This document shows, piece after piece, positions 29,200 through 38,495 of a stretch of 64,000 nt of DNA. Each line of letters starts with the position of its first letter. The stretch's first letter is position 1. A program made the translations under genes and the position numbers. Origin of the DNA: a virus; IMG/VR virus record IMGVR_UViG_3300027668_001405, positions 64,001 through 128,000 of that record; one strand, given 5' to 3'. The notes beneath the pieces are model-generated. The model had not been told where the DNA came from. It made no database searches and saw only the letters and a list, made by a program, of their open reading frames with translations.

Positions 29200-29841
29200 C
29201 TAGTAAGTGTCAACTATTTTATCTGCGATACCGTGTTTTACCGCTTCTTCTGCACTTAACCATACATCTTCTGCAGGTAGTAAGATTTCTCTGATTTTCT
29301 TTTCAGGTAATCCTGTGCAACGTTTATAGTGTTCTATCATACGTGCTGTTGATAGTTCAAACTCTTTAACACGTGCAAATAGTTCGTGTTCTTTACCTAC
29401 TGAACCCCAACTATATTGGTGTGATAAGATACTTGTATTTCGTGTTAAAATACGTCTACCCTTTTCGCCTGCCATAAATGCAAGCACTCCACATGATGCA
29501 ATCATTCCTAAGCCAACTGTCTTAATTGGTATAGCTGATCCTTTCATAGTATCAATCATACCAAAAGCGGCATGTACTGATCCTCCAGGACTGTTAATAA
29601 TCAGTGTTAGTTCATTAGGACGCTCACTATCTGGTAGTAAGTTTTTCTCAATAATCCATTGAACTACGGGTTTTGTTGTTTCGTAAGTAAACCCATCTGC
29701 AAAGTAGTATACACCTGCATCCCACATCATTTGTCCAGGTTGCTTTGGTTGTCCTAATGGTGCTGGCTTTGCGCCTGCTGGACCACCTTCTAGGGCATCG
29801 CCCATTTGTGCAATTGCACTTTGTAATTTATCAAAATCCAT
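29200..29841 (-). CDS. clpP: ClpP-like protease subunit
   Basis: INSPGGSV, GMIASCG (Ser), SHQ (His), WLSAEEAVKHGIAD. Confidence 0.9.
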   Translation of the reverse strand: MDFDKLQSAIAQMGDALEGGPAGAKPAPLGQPKQPGQMMWDAGVYYFADGFTYETTKPVVQWIIEKNLLPDSERPNELTLIINSPGGSVHAAFGMIDTMKGSAIPIKTVGLGMIASCGVLAFMAGEKGRRILTRNTSILSHQYSWGSVGKEHELFARVKEFELSTARMIEHYKRCTGLPEKKIREILLPAEDVWLSAEEAVKHGIADKIVDTY

Positions 29842-29897
29842 TTATATTCCTTGTTTAATTTTAAAGTTGTTTACGACTTATCTCGTCGCCTTAATTG

Positions 29898-30275
29898 TTA
29901 ACCTACTGCGACACGACTAGTGTCATCTGATGGTCGTTTACGTACTGACTTTGGAAGTATTGCAATTGTATTATCTTCCATTGGGTTAGTGTCATTTACT
30001 GCTAGGCACTCGTCGTTGTCAATTAGATAAAGTTTTAAATCTTCGTTAATCTTTAGTCCATTACTCCAACGTCCATGTGCAACCATGACGTACTCACCTT
30101 CTTTAATAAAGTCAATTTCTGACCCAACACTGTATACCTTAAACCAACGTGGTCTAACTGCATTCTCAGTAGCATCTTTTTCTGTAAGTATAATGCCACC
30201 TTGTGTTGTTATTGTTTGATCTGGCTTATCAATCATCTCTGCCAAAATCTTATTTTTTGTTGCTTTAACTATCAT
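29898..30275 (-). CDS. GroES/Cpn10-like co-chaperonin
   Basis: TQGGIILT...KVYSVG...IKEGEYV pattern. Confidence 0.7.
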   Translation of the reverse strand: MIVKATKNKILAEMIDKPDQTITTQGGIILTEKDATENAVRPRWFKVYSVGSEIDFIKEGEYVMVAHGRWSNGLKINEDLKLYLIDNDECLAVNDTNPMEDNTIAILPKSVRKRPSDDTSRVAVG

Positions 30276-30278
30276 TGT

Positions 30279-30650
30279 TTACTCCGTTTCAATGTCTTCC
30301 ATTGTTCCATCACTGTACTCAACCTCAAAATACTGACTTCCGTTATCTCTGGTTCTTGCAGTACGTGATACTTCTGTTACTTTCGTAGCAGTCTTCTTAG
30401 CAGGTTTGTCTACGGGCGTAGTGTCTGTCTCTGGCGCCTGTATACTTACTGGTTCTGTTACACCTGGCACTGTCTTGTCATAGTACTTATTAGCAATATC
30501 TTCTCTTGATATTTCTACGTTGTTTCTATTATCAATAATGTCGCCACGTGCATTCATGTTCAAGTTGCTTACTGCCCTTGTGTTTTCATGTTTTGCCGCC
30601 AATGCTGCCATATCTAGCACTTGGCCTTTAGCTGTTTTTACTCTTTTCAT
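30279..30650 (-). CDS. Hypothetical protein
   Basis: 123 aa; NMNARGDII motif; no function recognised. Confidence 0.6.
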   Translation of the reverse strand: MKRVKTAKGQVLDMAALAAKHENTRAVSNLNMNARGDIIDNRNNVEISREDIANKYYDKTVPGVTEPVSIQAPETDTTPVDKPAKKTATKVTEVSRTARTRDNGSQYFEVEYSDGTMEDIETE

Positions 30651-31147
30651 TTTAAGAACTCCTTGATATCAAGTTTATATTTTATGCTATCTATGCGATG
30701 CACACCTAGCAAGTACAGGCAGTAACTAGCTACACTACTACCTCTTCCCACGCCTAGTACTATGTCATTTTTATCACAAGTATCAACTAGGTATTTTAGG
30801 AATTTTAACACAATTACCATGCCTCTGTTTTCATATTCAAGAAGCTCGGTATATACTCTGTCACGTTGCTGTGCTGTAGTACAACGTTCCATTAACATCT
30901 CATTTATATTTATGTTCAAATATTCGTCGGGCATATTCCATTTACGCAAACATTCCTCAACATATGTATCACTGTTATCTTCGTAGTCTGCATTAACCAA
31001 TTCATCTAGGTCAAATGTTTCACACCACTCGTTATAAGTGTTAATTGGTGCAACATCGTCCATAATAACGTTATTTACATTACTACCGCTTAGCCAGCCG
31101 TCAACAATGTCCTGTTCGGAAATAACGTATTGCTTATTTTTGTTCAT
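30647..31147 (-). CDS. DNA polymerase III alpha (DnaE)-like fragment
   Basis: RVYTELLEY...GVGRGSSVASYCLYLLGVHRID; stops before the catalytic PDIDxD motif. Confidence 0.7.
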   Translation of the reverse strand: MNKNKQYVISEQDIVDGWLSGSNVNNVIMDDVAPINTYNEWCETFDLDELVNADYEDNSDTYVEECLRKWNMPDEYLNININEMLMERCTTAQQRDRVYTELLEYENRGMVIVLKFLKYLVDTCDKNDIVLGVGRGSSVASYCLYLLGVHRIDSIKYKLDIKEFLK

Positions 31148-31165
31148 ATGCATCCTACTATTATA

Positions 31166-31471
31166 TTACTTTTTGGCATAAAAGTCAAGCATTTCTTTAA
31201 TTGATTCTGCCTCTGGTATTTCTTCTGGTAGTATAACTTCGCCAATTTCTAGCACTGATCCATCTATTTTATCATTTTTCATCATAGCTGTTTGCACGAT
31301 CTGGTTCTTGTGATCTCTAATTAAGTCAATAAACAAATTAATTTGATCTAACATCTCACCACTCATCTGTGCTTTGGCAGCGGCTAGTACCTTCTTAAGC
31401 ATTTGCTTTTCAAATTCAATAGTCTCTTCCATTGTAAGTGTTTCAAGTGCTTTATCTTTGTAATTAATCAT
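31166..31471 (-). CDS. Hypothetical protein
   Basis: 101 aa ORF in operon context. Confidence 0.55.
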   Translation of the reverse strand: MINYKDKALETLTMEETIEFEKQMLKKVLAAAKAQMSGEMLDQINLFIDLIRDHKNQIVQTAMMKNDKIDGSVLEIGEVILPEEIPEAESIKEMLDFYAKK

Positions 31472-31914
31472 CTCATCATGTCCACTCGTTTTTGGTGTCT
31501 TCCACCTTCGAACTTTGTAGTAAAGAATGTTTTAATTATGGACTTAGCTTTTTGTAAACTAGTAAAATCAGCACCCAAGCATAATACATTTGCATCATTG
31601 TGCTTACGTGCCATTTCAGCTTCTTTTTCTGTTCTACAAACTACTGCTCTTACGCCCGGTACTCTGTTAGCTGTAATTGAAACTCCATAACCTGACCCAC
31701 AAATTAAAATACCTACATTTGATGCTTTACTAGATATTTCAATAGCTAGCTTGTTTGCAATTATAGGGTAATCTGTTTTAACTTCTGTGTGTGGTCCAAC
31801 ATCGTAGAACACAGAGATATCAAAAGTAAGATCTTTATCAATTGGAGTTAACCATTTTGATAATTGGTCTTTAAATTCATAACCTCTATGGTCTGAAGCA
31901 ATGCACAAATCCAT
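31468..31914 (-). CDS. rpiB: Ribose-5-phosphate isomerase B
   Basis: ASDHRG, GILICGSGYG...ANR, ARKHNDANVLCLG, FEGGRH. Confidence 0.93.
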   Translation of the reverse strand: MDLCIASDHRGYEFKDQLSKWLTPIDKDLTFDISVFYDVGPHTEVKTDYPIIANKLAIEISSKASNVGILICGSGYGVSITANRVPGVRAVVCRTEKEAEMARKHNDANVLCLGADFTSLQKAKSIIKTFFTTKFEGGRHQKRVDMMR

Positions 31915-32322
31915 CTAGATATCTCCGTCCTGACGGTTTTCACTATAGTATGCATCAAAGTCACCACCTGGGTAACGTGCTTTAAGTTTGTCAATGTTCA
32001 TTTGAATAACTTCATTTGGATCAATTTTTAGTGCCATGCACCCTTGCATCCAATACCACATTACATCGCCTAGTTCACGTTGCATATGATAAATGTTGTC
32101 TTCGGACATTGGCTTACCTTGAAACATAGCTTTTTTAACTATCTCAGTAAACTCTCCGGCTTCTGCACCTAGTCCACAACTTGCGGTTAGTAAACGTGGC
32201 ATATCCACGTTCTTGTTTAGATCGTTCCAGTTAGCAATAAACGCATCATTGTTTTTGCTTTGTTCACTGGTAACGGCATCTACGAATTCTTCGTACTTCT
32301 TTAGATCAATTTGTTTAGTCAT
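31915..32322 (-). CDS. mazG: MazG-like nucleotide pyrophosphohydrolase
   Basis: GLGAEAGEFTEIVKK and ELGDVMWY; start placed at MTKQ (32322). Confidence 0.9.
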   Translation of the reverse strand: MTKQIDLKKYEEFVDAVTSEQSKNNDAFIANWNDLNKNVDMPRLLTASCGLGAEAGEFTEIVKKAMFQGKPMSEDNIYHMQRELGDVMWYWMQGCMALKIDPNEVIQMNIDKLKARYPGGDFDAYYSENRQDGDI

Positions 32323-32335
32323 TTTACTCTCTCTG

Positions 32336-32731
32336 TTATTTAGATACGTTAACTTCACTAGCTAACTTATACGCTGAGTCATTAGCTTCTATTTTATCCA
32401 TATCAAAGTTTACGCTTTCTCCACATCCACAACTACTGCTTGATGCTGGATTAACTACTTCTAACATGGTACCCATAAGGTCTTGTTTTAGTTCCAGTGT
32501 CGTTCCAAATAAGAACATAATGCTTGCACTGTCAACGGCCATTTTGTGCCCGTTATCCATTATTATAACATGATCTGCTTTAGTGTCAAGCTCTGATTCT
32601 TCTTTTAATTTCCATTCATAACTAAATCCTGCACAACCACCGCCACGTAATCCTAATACAGGAACTTTGTTTTCGTTCATTTCACTTATATTAGTTAAGT
32701 GGTGCATTGCTTTGTCTGTTACTTTTATCAT
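32336..32731 (-). CDS. iscA: A-type Fe-S carrier (IscA/SufA/HesB)
   Basis: GGGCAGFSY and SCGCGESV; start placed at MIKVTD (32731). Confidence 0.92.
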   Translation of the reverse strand: MIKVTDKAMHHLTNISEMNENKVPVLGLRGGGCAGFSYEWKLKEESELDTKADHVIIMDNGHKMAVDSASIMFLFGTTLELKQDLMGTMLEVVNPASSSSCGCGESVNFDMDKIEANDSAYKLASEVNVSK

Positions 32732-33273
32732 TTTTCTATCTCCAAAGAGTTTACTGTCCAAAAGTTACTCTTACTAACTTCGGGTGAGTTGAGATATTGC
32801 AAGTTTACAATAGACACACCACCTAAAACTTGTGCGCCTGTCTGCTTTATCAATCTCTTGGTAGCAATCATACTACCTCCTGTTGCTATAAGATCGTCTG
32901 CAATAATAACTCTTGCAGTATGACCAAGTATACCTTCTTGTATTGTAAGTGTATCACTTCCATATTCAAGTTCATACGTTTCTTCTAATAGCTGTCCTGG
33001 GTATTTAGCGCCTTTCTTCCGAACCATTGTAAAAGGCAAGCCCATAGCATATGCTAAAGCCGCTCCAATTACAAATCCTCTGCTCTCAATACCAACAATA
33101 TGAGTAGGGAATAGAAACGCTTCGTCACATTCCTTTGCCATATGTTTTACTAACGGATTCCACATAGGACTACTGAACAAACTATTTACATCGTAGAAGT
33201 TAACTCCTGCAATTGGATAGTCTGGTACTGTTCTAATGAAATCTTTAATGTTTGTTATGTCTAATTCTTCCAT
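32728..33273 (-). CDS. apt: Adenine phosphoribosyltransferase
   Basis: IRTVPDYP..GVNFYD, GIESRGF, RKKG, YELEYG, IIADDLIATGGS. Confidence 0.93.
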   Translation of the reverse strand: MEELDITNIKDFIRTVPDYPIAGVNFYDVNSLFSSPMWNPLVKHMAKECDEAFLFPTHIVGIESRGFVIGAALAYAMGLPFTMVRKKGAKYPGQLLEETYELEYGSDTLTIQEGILGHTARVIIADDLIATGGSMIATKRLIKQTGAQVLGGVSIVNLQYLNSPEVSKSNFWTVNSLEIEK

Positions 33274-33285
33274 GTGTTTTTATCC

Positions 33286-34245
33286 TTATATGTCGTATGT
33301 GTTTACTTTTTTATAGTCTCGTTCAATTCTAATCATTCTACCATCAAATAACGGCAAACCTTTTAGTTTTACTATTTTAAATATATCATTCCATAAAGAA
33401 TGAGAAGTAGATCGACCACTTTTATAAGTATTCTTTTCAGCCCACAGGCCTAATATTTTATATGGGTTTTCTTTTAACCATCTTGATTTATTAAATCGTA
33501 CAGTATGTGCAAAGAATAAATCATCTGGAGATGTGCTAATACCATCACTATTATAATTAAGTCCAACATTACTTGTAAGATATGTTTCTGCCTCCCAATT
33601 ATGAATCTGATAGTGGGTACCATTGACTTGGGAATGATATGAAAAATCATTAAAAATCATTAGAAGTTGATGAGCAAAATCACTGTAGTACTGTGTCATT
33701 TCTTCTCGTTGATCCTGGCTCAGTCTTTCTTCATCATACCAGTACTTCTTTCCCATTCTAACATCCCATCTCATTCTCAATACAATATCGTATTCAGCTG
33801 TTGGTACTAAGTTGTATGCATGAAATGCACTAACAATCTGCCCATAAGCCATTGGAGACACTTTCTCGTAAAATTCCATTAACTGCTTATCTGTTAATGT
33901 ACTAAACTTATGTGTCTCGTCCCAGCCAACTTTGTAAGGTAATCTATGTGCTAGGTCTTGTCTTACCCATTCCCAAATCTCTTTTTGGTTGCTTTGCTTA
34001 AATGCTACTTGGTTATGCAGTGGATCAGGAAGTTCACATTGATCCCATGTATGCCCAAAATTATCCATAGTAACTACTGGTTCTGGAGAATGACGTCCAG
34101 TCATCTGCTTTACTAATTGCTTCCTAACTTCATAAAAGAAGTTTTGATTAGATTCCCTAATCGATACCTCTTTATTACCGTCTTGGTGATTAAAATTGCG
34201 TGTTAGTCCACTGTAACAAATTGCTATTCTTATGGGATGTGCCAT
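33286..34245 (-). CDS. Hypothetical protein, possibly glycosyltransferase-like
   Basis: IAICYSGLTR...HTWD...YDIVLRMRWD...DDLFF pattern resembles GT-A-like phage proteins; inference. Confidence 0.35.
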   Translation of the reverse strand: MAHPIRIAICYSGLTRNFNHQDGNKEVSIRESNQNFFYEVRKQLVKQMTGRHSPEPVVTMDNFGHTWDQCELPDPLHNQVAFKQSNQKEIWEWVRQDLAHRLPYKVGWDETHKFSTLTDKQLMEFYEKVSPMAYGQIVSAFHAYNLVPTAEYDIVLRMRWDVRMGKKYWYDEERLSQDQREEMTQYYSDFAHQLLMIFNDFSYHSQVNGTHYQIHNWEAETYLTSNVGLNYNSDGISTSPDDLFFAHTVRFNKSRWLKENPYKILGLWAEKNTYKSGRSTSHSLWNDIFKIVKLKGLPLFDGRMIRIERDYKKVNTYDI

Positions 34246-35460
34246 TTAATGAGCGGCCCAAACTACTGTGTTTAGATCAATTCCATCTTTATACATATCC
34301 CATAAAGGTGACAGATCTCTTAATTTCTTTACCTTGTCTCTAACAAGTCTAATTGCTTCGTCTACTTCGGCTTCAGTTGTGTAACGTCCTACACTAAAAC
34401 GTATAGAACTAGCTGATAACTCATCTGCTAAACCTAATGCTCTAAGAACATAAGATGGTTCTAAACTTGATGATGTACAAGCAGAGCCTGATGATACTGC
34501 AATGTCTGATACTGCCATTAGTAACGATTCACCTTCTACATAGCTAAAGCTAATATTTAAGTTACTGCCAATACGTTGTTCCATATCGCCATTTACTTTT
34601 ACTTCTTCCATATCTGAGAAGCCAGCGTACAATCTATCTCTAAGAGCACGTGTTCTAACTTCTTCGTCTGCCATACATTCTTGAGCAATTTCAAATGCTT
34701 CGCCTATCCCAACAATTTGATGAGTAGCTAGTGTACCTGAACGCATTCCACGTTCGTGCCCACCTCCATGCATTTGTGCTTCAAGTCTGACTCGAGGCTT
34801 ACGTGATACATAAAGAGCTCCCATGCCTTTTGGCCCGTATATCTTATGTGCTGAAAAGCTCATTAAGTCTACTGGAAGTGCTTTTAAGTCTATTGGAATT
34901 TTACCAACTGACTGTGCAGCATCGACGTGAAAAAATACTTTGTTTGCTCTGCATATATCGCCTATAGCTTGTAAGTCTTGTATTACACCAATCTCATTAT
35001 TAACGTGCATAAATGACGCTAAGATTGTGTCTTCTCTTACTGTAGCTTTAAATTCTTCAATGTCTAATAGCCCACTAGGTAACGGAGTCATATAAGTTAC
35101 TTCGAATCCTTCACGTTCTAATTGACGACAAGTATCAAGTACTGCTTTATGTTCTGTCTTTAGGGTAATAATATGCTTGCCTTGTTTTTGGTAAAACTGT
35201 GCAATACCTTTAAGTGCTAAGTTGTTTGATTCTGTTGCACCCGAAGTCCATACTATTGCTCTAGGATCACAATTTACTAAATCTGCTACTTGGTTACGAG
35301 CTTTCTCTACTGCCGCTTCTGCTTGCCAGCCATACATGTGTGAACGTGATGCTGGGTTTCCAAAGGTACCTGTTAATGTTAAACACTCTGCCATTTTCTG
35401 TGCTACTCTGGCATCTACTGGTGTTGTTGATGAGTAATCCATATACGTTGGAGTCTTCAT
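34246..35460 (-). CDS. iscS: Cysteine desulfurase IscS
   Basis: [28 protein letters not shown] (PLP Lys), SSGSACTS (catalytic Cys), C-terminal SPLWDMY; start placed at 35460. Confidence 0.97.
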   Translation of the reverse strand: MKTPTYMDYSSTTPVDARVAQKMAECLTLTGTFGNPASRSHMYGWQAEAAVEKARNQVADLVNCDPRAIVWTSGATESNNLALKGIAQFYQKQGKHIITLKTEHKAVLDTCRQLEREGFEVTYMTPLPSGLLDIEEFKATVREDTILASFMHVNNEIGVIQDLQAIGDICRANKVFFHVDAAQSVGKIPIDLKALPVDLMSFSAHKIYGPKGMGALYVSRKPRVRLEAQMHGGGHERGMRSGTLATHQIVGIGEAFEIAQECMADEEVRTRALRDRLYAGFSDMEEVKVNGDMEQRIGSNLNISFSYVEGESLLMAVSDIAVSSGSACTSSSLEPSYVLRALGLADELSASSIRFSVGRYTTEAEVDEAIRLVRDKVKKLRDLSPLWDMYKDGIDLNTVVWAAH

Positions 35461-35461
35461 A

Positions 35462-35836
35462 TTAGCCTTCCTCTTGTTGATCACTTTCTGTTGGGCCGTA
35501 GTCATCATAAGAGCTTAGTCCATCATCAGGGAAATCATACATTGCCATCGGGTCCGAAGTATAATACGGGTCATTAAATGCCGGATCATCTTCGCCTGTT
35601 ACACCTTTAACTTCTGGAACAAAATGCATTAGTGTGCTTTCAACACCTTGCTTTAATGTTGCCATACTACTAGCACAACCACTGCAACTTCCGCTTAGTT
35701 GTGTTTTTAAAATACCGCTATCCATATTAAAGTCAATAACGTTAACTTGTCCACCATGCGCCGCTACATTGGGCGTAACATACTCGTCCATGACTGATGA
35801 AATTTGCTCGAGTATATCTTCTTTACTTCTACTCAT
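35462..35836 (-). CDS. NifU C-terminal (Nfu) domain Fe-S carrier
   Basis: HGGQV...[16 protein letters not shown] (CxxC). Confidence 0.9.
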   Translation of the reverse strand: MSRSKEDILEQISSVMDEYVTPNVAAHGGQVNVIDFNMDSGILKTQLSGSCSGCASSMATLKQGVESTLMHFVPEVKGVTGEDDPAFNDPYYTSDPMAMYDFPDDGLSSYDDYGPTESDQQEEG

Positions 35837-35978
35837 ATTTGTACCTCGTTTTTTTAACAGCCATCATGTGGATGCTACGTTCTGGTTTATCTTTACGTGT
35901 TGCAAATTGATAGCCGCTAATAAATGAAATTACTATTACTGTTGCGATTGCTAAAACATGCCATACTATAAATGTCAT
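35829..35978 (-). CDS. Small membrane protein not in the ORF track
   Basis: Manual translation MTFIVWHVLAIATVIVISFISGYQF...YKYE* (49 aa); AGGAG upstream. Confidence 0.55.
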   Translation of the reverse strand: MTFIVWHVLAIATVIVISFISGYQFATRKDKPERSIHMMAVKKTRYKYE

Positions 35979-36133
35979 ATTGACTCTCCTGTCTGTTTAA
36001 TATAATGGTGCTTATATGCTTTCATGCTTGAAAGTTTAATACGCTCCATGTGCTTAGTTGCTTCTTGTTGGTTATTATATTCACCAACAACTACTTCATT
36101 CTCAAATCTCGGTATATATACAACTTGAAACAT
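35975..36133 (-). CDS. Small hypothetical protein not in the ORF track
   Basis: Manual translation [19 protein letters not shown]...QTGESI* (52 aa); overlaps both neighbours by 1-4 nt. Confidence 0.55.
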   Translation of the reverse strand: MFQVVYIPRFENEVVVGEYNNQQEATKHMERIKLSSMKAYKHHYIKQTGESI

Positions 36134-36495
36134 TATTCGTCTCCTTTTCCAGGTTCTGCTGAAAGCAGTTCTCGTTTATTCGGTTTGCCTTTCCATTCGG
36201 CTGCATCGGGTGGAACATCATCTGGTCGAGCCAATGTAATATTCGGCCAGGCATTTTCACCCTCGCTATACTTAGTATTTATATCCATCCAGTATTGTAG
36301 TTCAGAACCTTCCAAAACATTATCAGCCCTAATAGCATCTACTGGGCATTCAGGCTCACAAACTCCACAGTCGATACACTCGTCTGGGTTAATTACTAGG
36401 AAGTTTTCACCTTCGTAAAAACAATCAACTGGACAAACTTCTACACAGTCCATATGCTTACATTTAATACAATCTTCTGTTACTAGATACGTCAT
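36133..36495 (-). CDS. fdxA: 7Fe ferredoxin (FdxA type)
   Basis: [18 protein letters not shown] and [13 protein letters not shown]. Confidence 0.95.
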   Translation of the reverse strand: MTYLVTEDCIKCKHMDCVEVCPVDCFYEGENFLVINPDECIDCGVCEPECPVDAIRADNVLEGSELQYWMDINTKYSEGENAWPNITLARPDDVPPDAAEWKGKPNKRELLSAEPGKGDE

Positions 36496-36508
36496 AATTC
36501 GCCTTTAA

Positions 36509-36799
36509 TTAAAATCCTAAAATCATTCTTGTTTCTTCGCTCATCTGGTCTGGACCAAATGTAGGTTCAAATGTAACTCTTACATCACATGTATCTACAC
36601 TTTCTACTAGACAAACTGCATCATGGACTTCTGCTACGATTGCATCAGCGAATGCACAAAACGCACTTGTTAAAGTCATAACGATATCAACATGTGCTTC
36701 CTTAATATTTATTTCATAAATCAATCCCAAATCATATACGTTTATACTAATCTCTGGGTCATATACTTTTCTCAGTTCTTCAATTATCTGTTCTTTCAC
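36509..36799 (-). CDS. SufT/MIP18 (DUF59) Fe-S assembly protein
   Basis: VYDPEISINVYDLGLIY and MTLTSAFC. Confidence 0.9.
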   Translation of the reverse strand: MKEQIIEELRKVYDPEISINVYDLGLIYEINIKEAHVDIVMTLTSAFCAFADAIVAEVHDAVCLVESVDTCDVRVTFEPTFGPDQMSEETRMILGF

Positions 36800-37629
36800 T
36801 TCTTCATTCCTTTCGATAAAATCTCAGCTATTAAAAATTGCCCTTTTTGATTGATATGCATACAACCACAAAGAAAGTCTTTCTTATAGTTGGGACGCAT
36901 TGCAACCTGCTCTCTAACACTGTATCCAAGAGTTAAACAACGTTCTAATTCGTAGTCTGTTATGTGTTCCATCATTTCTTGTACTGCTACGTTAACTTCG
37001 TAATTATACCAGTAAAACTCTTTGTTATGTGCTTTACACAACAATTGCACTACTCGTATAAATTCTAGTTGACGTTGCTGTATATGCTTTGTATTGCTCA
37101 TATACAGTTTTGTTAGCTTCACGTATTCTTGTATATTTCTTAACTCGTCTACGTTAGGCGCATCACCGCAATTGTCTTTACCGTACAAATTGTCTTGCAA
37201 AGTACGAAGTGACTCTGCGTGACTAGTTCCCAATCGTTGACTCATTGTTTCTTCTATACACAATTGATAAGGTCTACTTGCAACCCCGTCTACTGTATTA
37301 AACTCTCTGCTATAGTAAATCTCTTCTTTACTACTTTGCTTGAGTTCTGGCTTATTTTCTAAGTTGTCAAATGGTATTGGAACATAATCGTAATTGAGCC
37401 GAGGCTCAATTACTAATGTTGAACAATCATCTAAATAGCCACTGTTAAAAGCGTAGGTTATCTGAGCTAACATTGTTTCGTTGTTAATGCCCGATAACCC
37501 AAAGTTTTTAACAGGCCTATCTAGTAGGTGCCCGATATACTCGCAATATGATTTGGGTACTAATCCACTTTCAAAGTCATTGCAGACTCCTTGTGTATGA
37601 CTAGTGCCAAAAAATGCAAGTGTATTCAT
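36796..37629 (-). CDS. SGNH/GDSL-like hypothetical protein
   Basis: FFGTSHTQG, NFGLSG, C-terminal HINQKG. Confidence 0.45.
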   Translation of the reverse strand: MNTLAFFGTSHTQGVCNDFESGLVPKSYCEYIGHLLDRPVKNFGLSGINNETMLAQITYAFNSGYLDDCSTLVIEPRLNYDYVPIPFDNLENKPELKQSSKEEIYYSREFNTVDGVASRPYQLCIEETMSQRLGTSHAESLRTLQDNLYGKDNCGDAPNVDELRNIQEYVKLTKLYMSNTKHIQQRQLEFIRVVQLLCKAHNKEFYWYNYEVNVAVQEMMEHITDYELERCLTLGYSVREQVAMRPNYKKDFLCGCMHINQKGQFLIAEILSKGMKK

Positions 37630-38150
37630 TATTCAGGAGCCAAAGCTTCTGAACTTAAAGTAGCCTGTTGCTCTACTCTATTTTTTGGTAGCAAGATTAC
37701 TGCGTTAGGTGTGTATATTGCACTGTTAGCACCATGCTCTGATACTTCAGCACTTTCCACCCAACAACGTCCATCTGTCTTTTTACGGATCAAGCTGTCT
37801 GCAAAATTAAATGCATGTTCTGCAAATTTCTCTGCACCAACTCCATCAAACAGTCTAATCTCTGCAAGGTTCAAAGCATCTAGTTCTTTAAACTTTTCAA
37901 GGTGTGGATCTGTTCTGTCTAAACATAGTTTATGATCGAAGTTATCTTCAAGCCACGCTTTCAACGGTTTTAGTCCGCCGAAGTCTACTGCCCAGTTATT
38001 ATTGTCCAAATGGCTAGCACCAAATGTAAATTTAAATGCTAGACTGTACCCATGTAGCAAATGACAATGTGAGTGATCTGCATTGGGTTGACGGAATACT
38101 GCACTTAGTCCAATATTGTGTCCGTATGTTTTTGTGCTTAAATAAGCCAT
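37629..38150 (-). CDS. queD: 6-carboxytetrahydropterin synthase / 6-pyruvoyl-tetrahydropterin synthase
   Basis: SHCHLLHGY, DFGGLK, FDHK, AEKFAE, SEHGAN. Confidence 0.88.
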   Translation of the reverse strand: MAYLSTKTYGHNIGLSAVFRQPNADHSHCHLLHGYSLAFKFTFGASHLDNNNWAVDFGGLKPLKAWLEDNFDHKLCLDRTDPHLEKFKELDALNLAEIRLFDGVGAEKFAEHAFNFADSLIRKKTDGRCWVESAEVSEHGANSAIYTPNAVILLPKNRVEQQATLSSEALAPE

Positions 38151-38169
38151 AGTTATTCTCCATTAATAA

Positions 38170-38212
38170 TTGCGGCAGAGTATTTTACGAGGGATGACGC
38201 AGTAAGGCCTCA
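38170..38212 (-). ncRNA. Candidate cis-regulatory RNA (H-type pseudoknot, preQ1-I-like layout) upstream of queD
   Basis: UGAGG/CCUCG stem, 15 nt loop, A-rich UAAAAUA linker, loop UGCG complementary to downstream CGCA; ends about 9 nt before the GGAG Shine-Dalgarno. Confidence 0.4.
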
Positions 38213-38221
38213 GGTGTAAAT

Positions 38222-38428
38222 TTACGCTGTTTGTAAGTTTACTGCTGAAGAACCTCTTTGACCTTCTTCAACTTCAAACGACAGTTCGTCGCCTTCATTT
38301 AATCCGTTCATTCCTGAACTTCTAACTGCTGAAGAATGTACAAATACATCCTTTTCTTTGTCGTGTCTTTCGATAAATCCGTAGCCTTTAGTAGCATCGA
38401 ACCATTTTACTTTTCCTGTTATTGTCAT
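38222..38428 (-). CDS. cspA: Cold-shock protein
   Basis: [15 protein letters not shown] (RNP1) and DVFVH (RNP2). Confidence 0.95.
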   Translation of the reverse strand: MTITGKVKWFDATKGYGFIERHDKEKDVFVHSSAVRSSGMNGLNEGDELSFEVEEGQRGSSAVNLQTA

Positions 38429-38495
38429 GTTTTCCTTAGTTTGTTAATTGTTGTTTTCTAACAGCAATGTTTATATTACTAATGTAATTATACAC

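Noticed and set aside
37629-38150. 7-deazaguanine DNA modification system
   Set aside because: Only queD is present. No folE, queC, queE or dpdA is recognisable in the window, and none of the radical SAMs shows a clear QueE signature. The genes may lie outside the window.
28117-38428. Bacterial chromosome or chimeric contig, suggested by the housekeeping genes
   Set aside because: These genes are out of their bacterial operon context, interleaved with phage-type hypotheticals, clamp loader and MazG, and joined by ATGA/TAATG overlaps.
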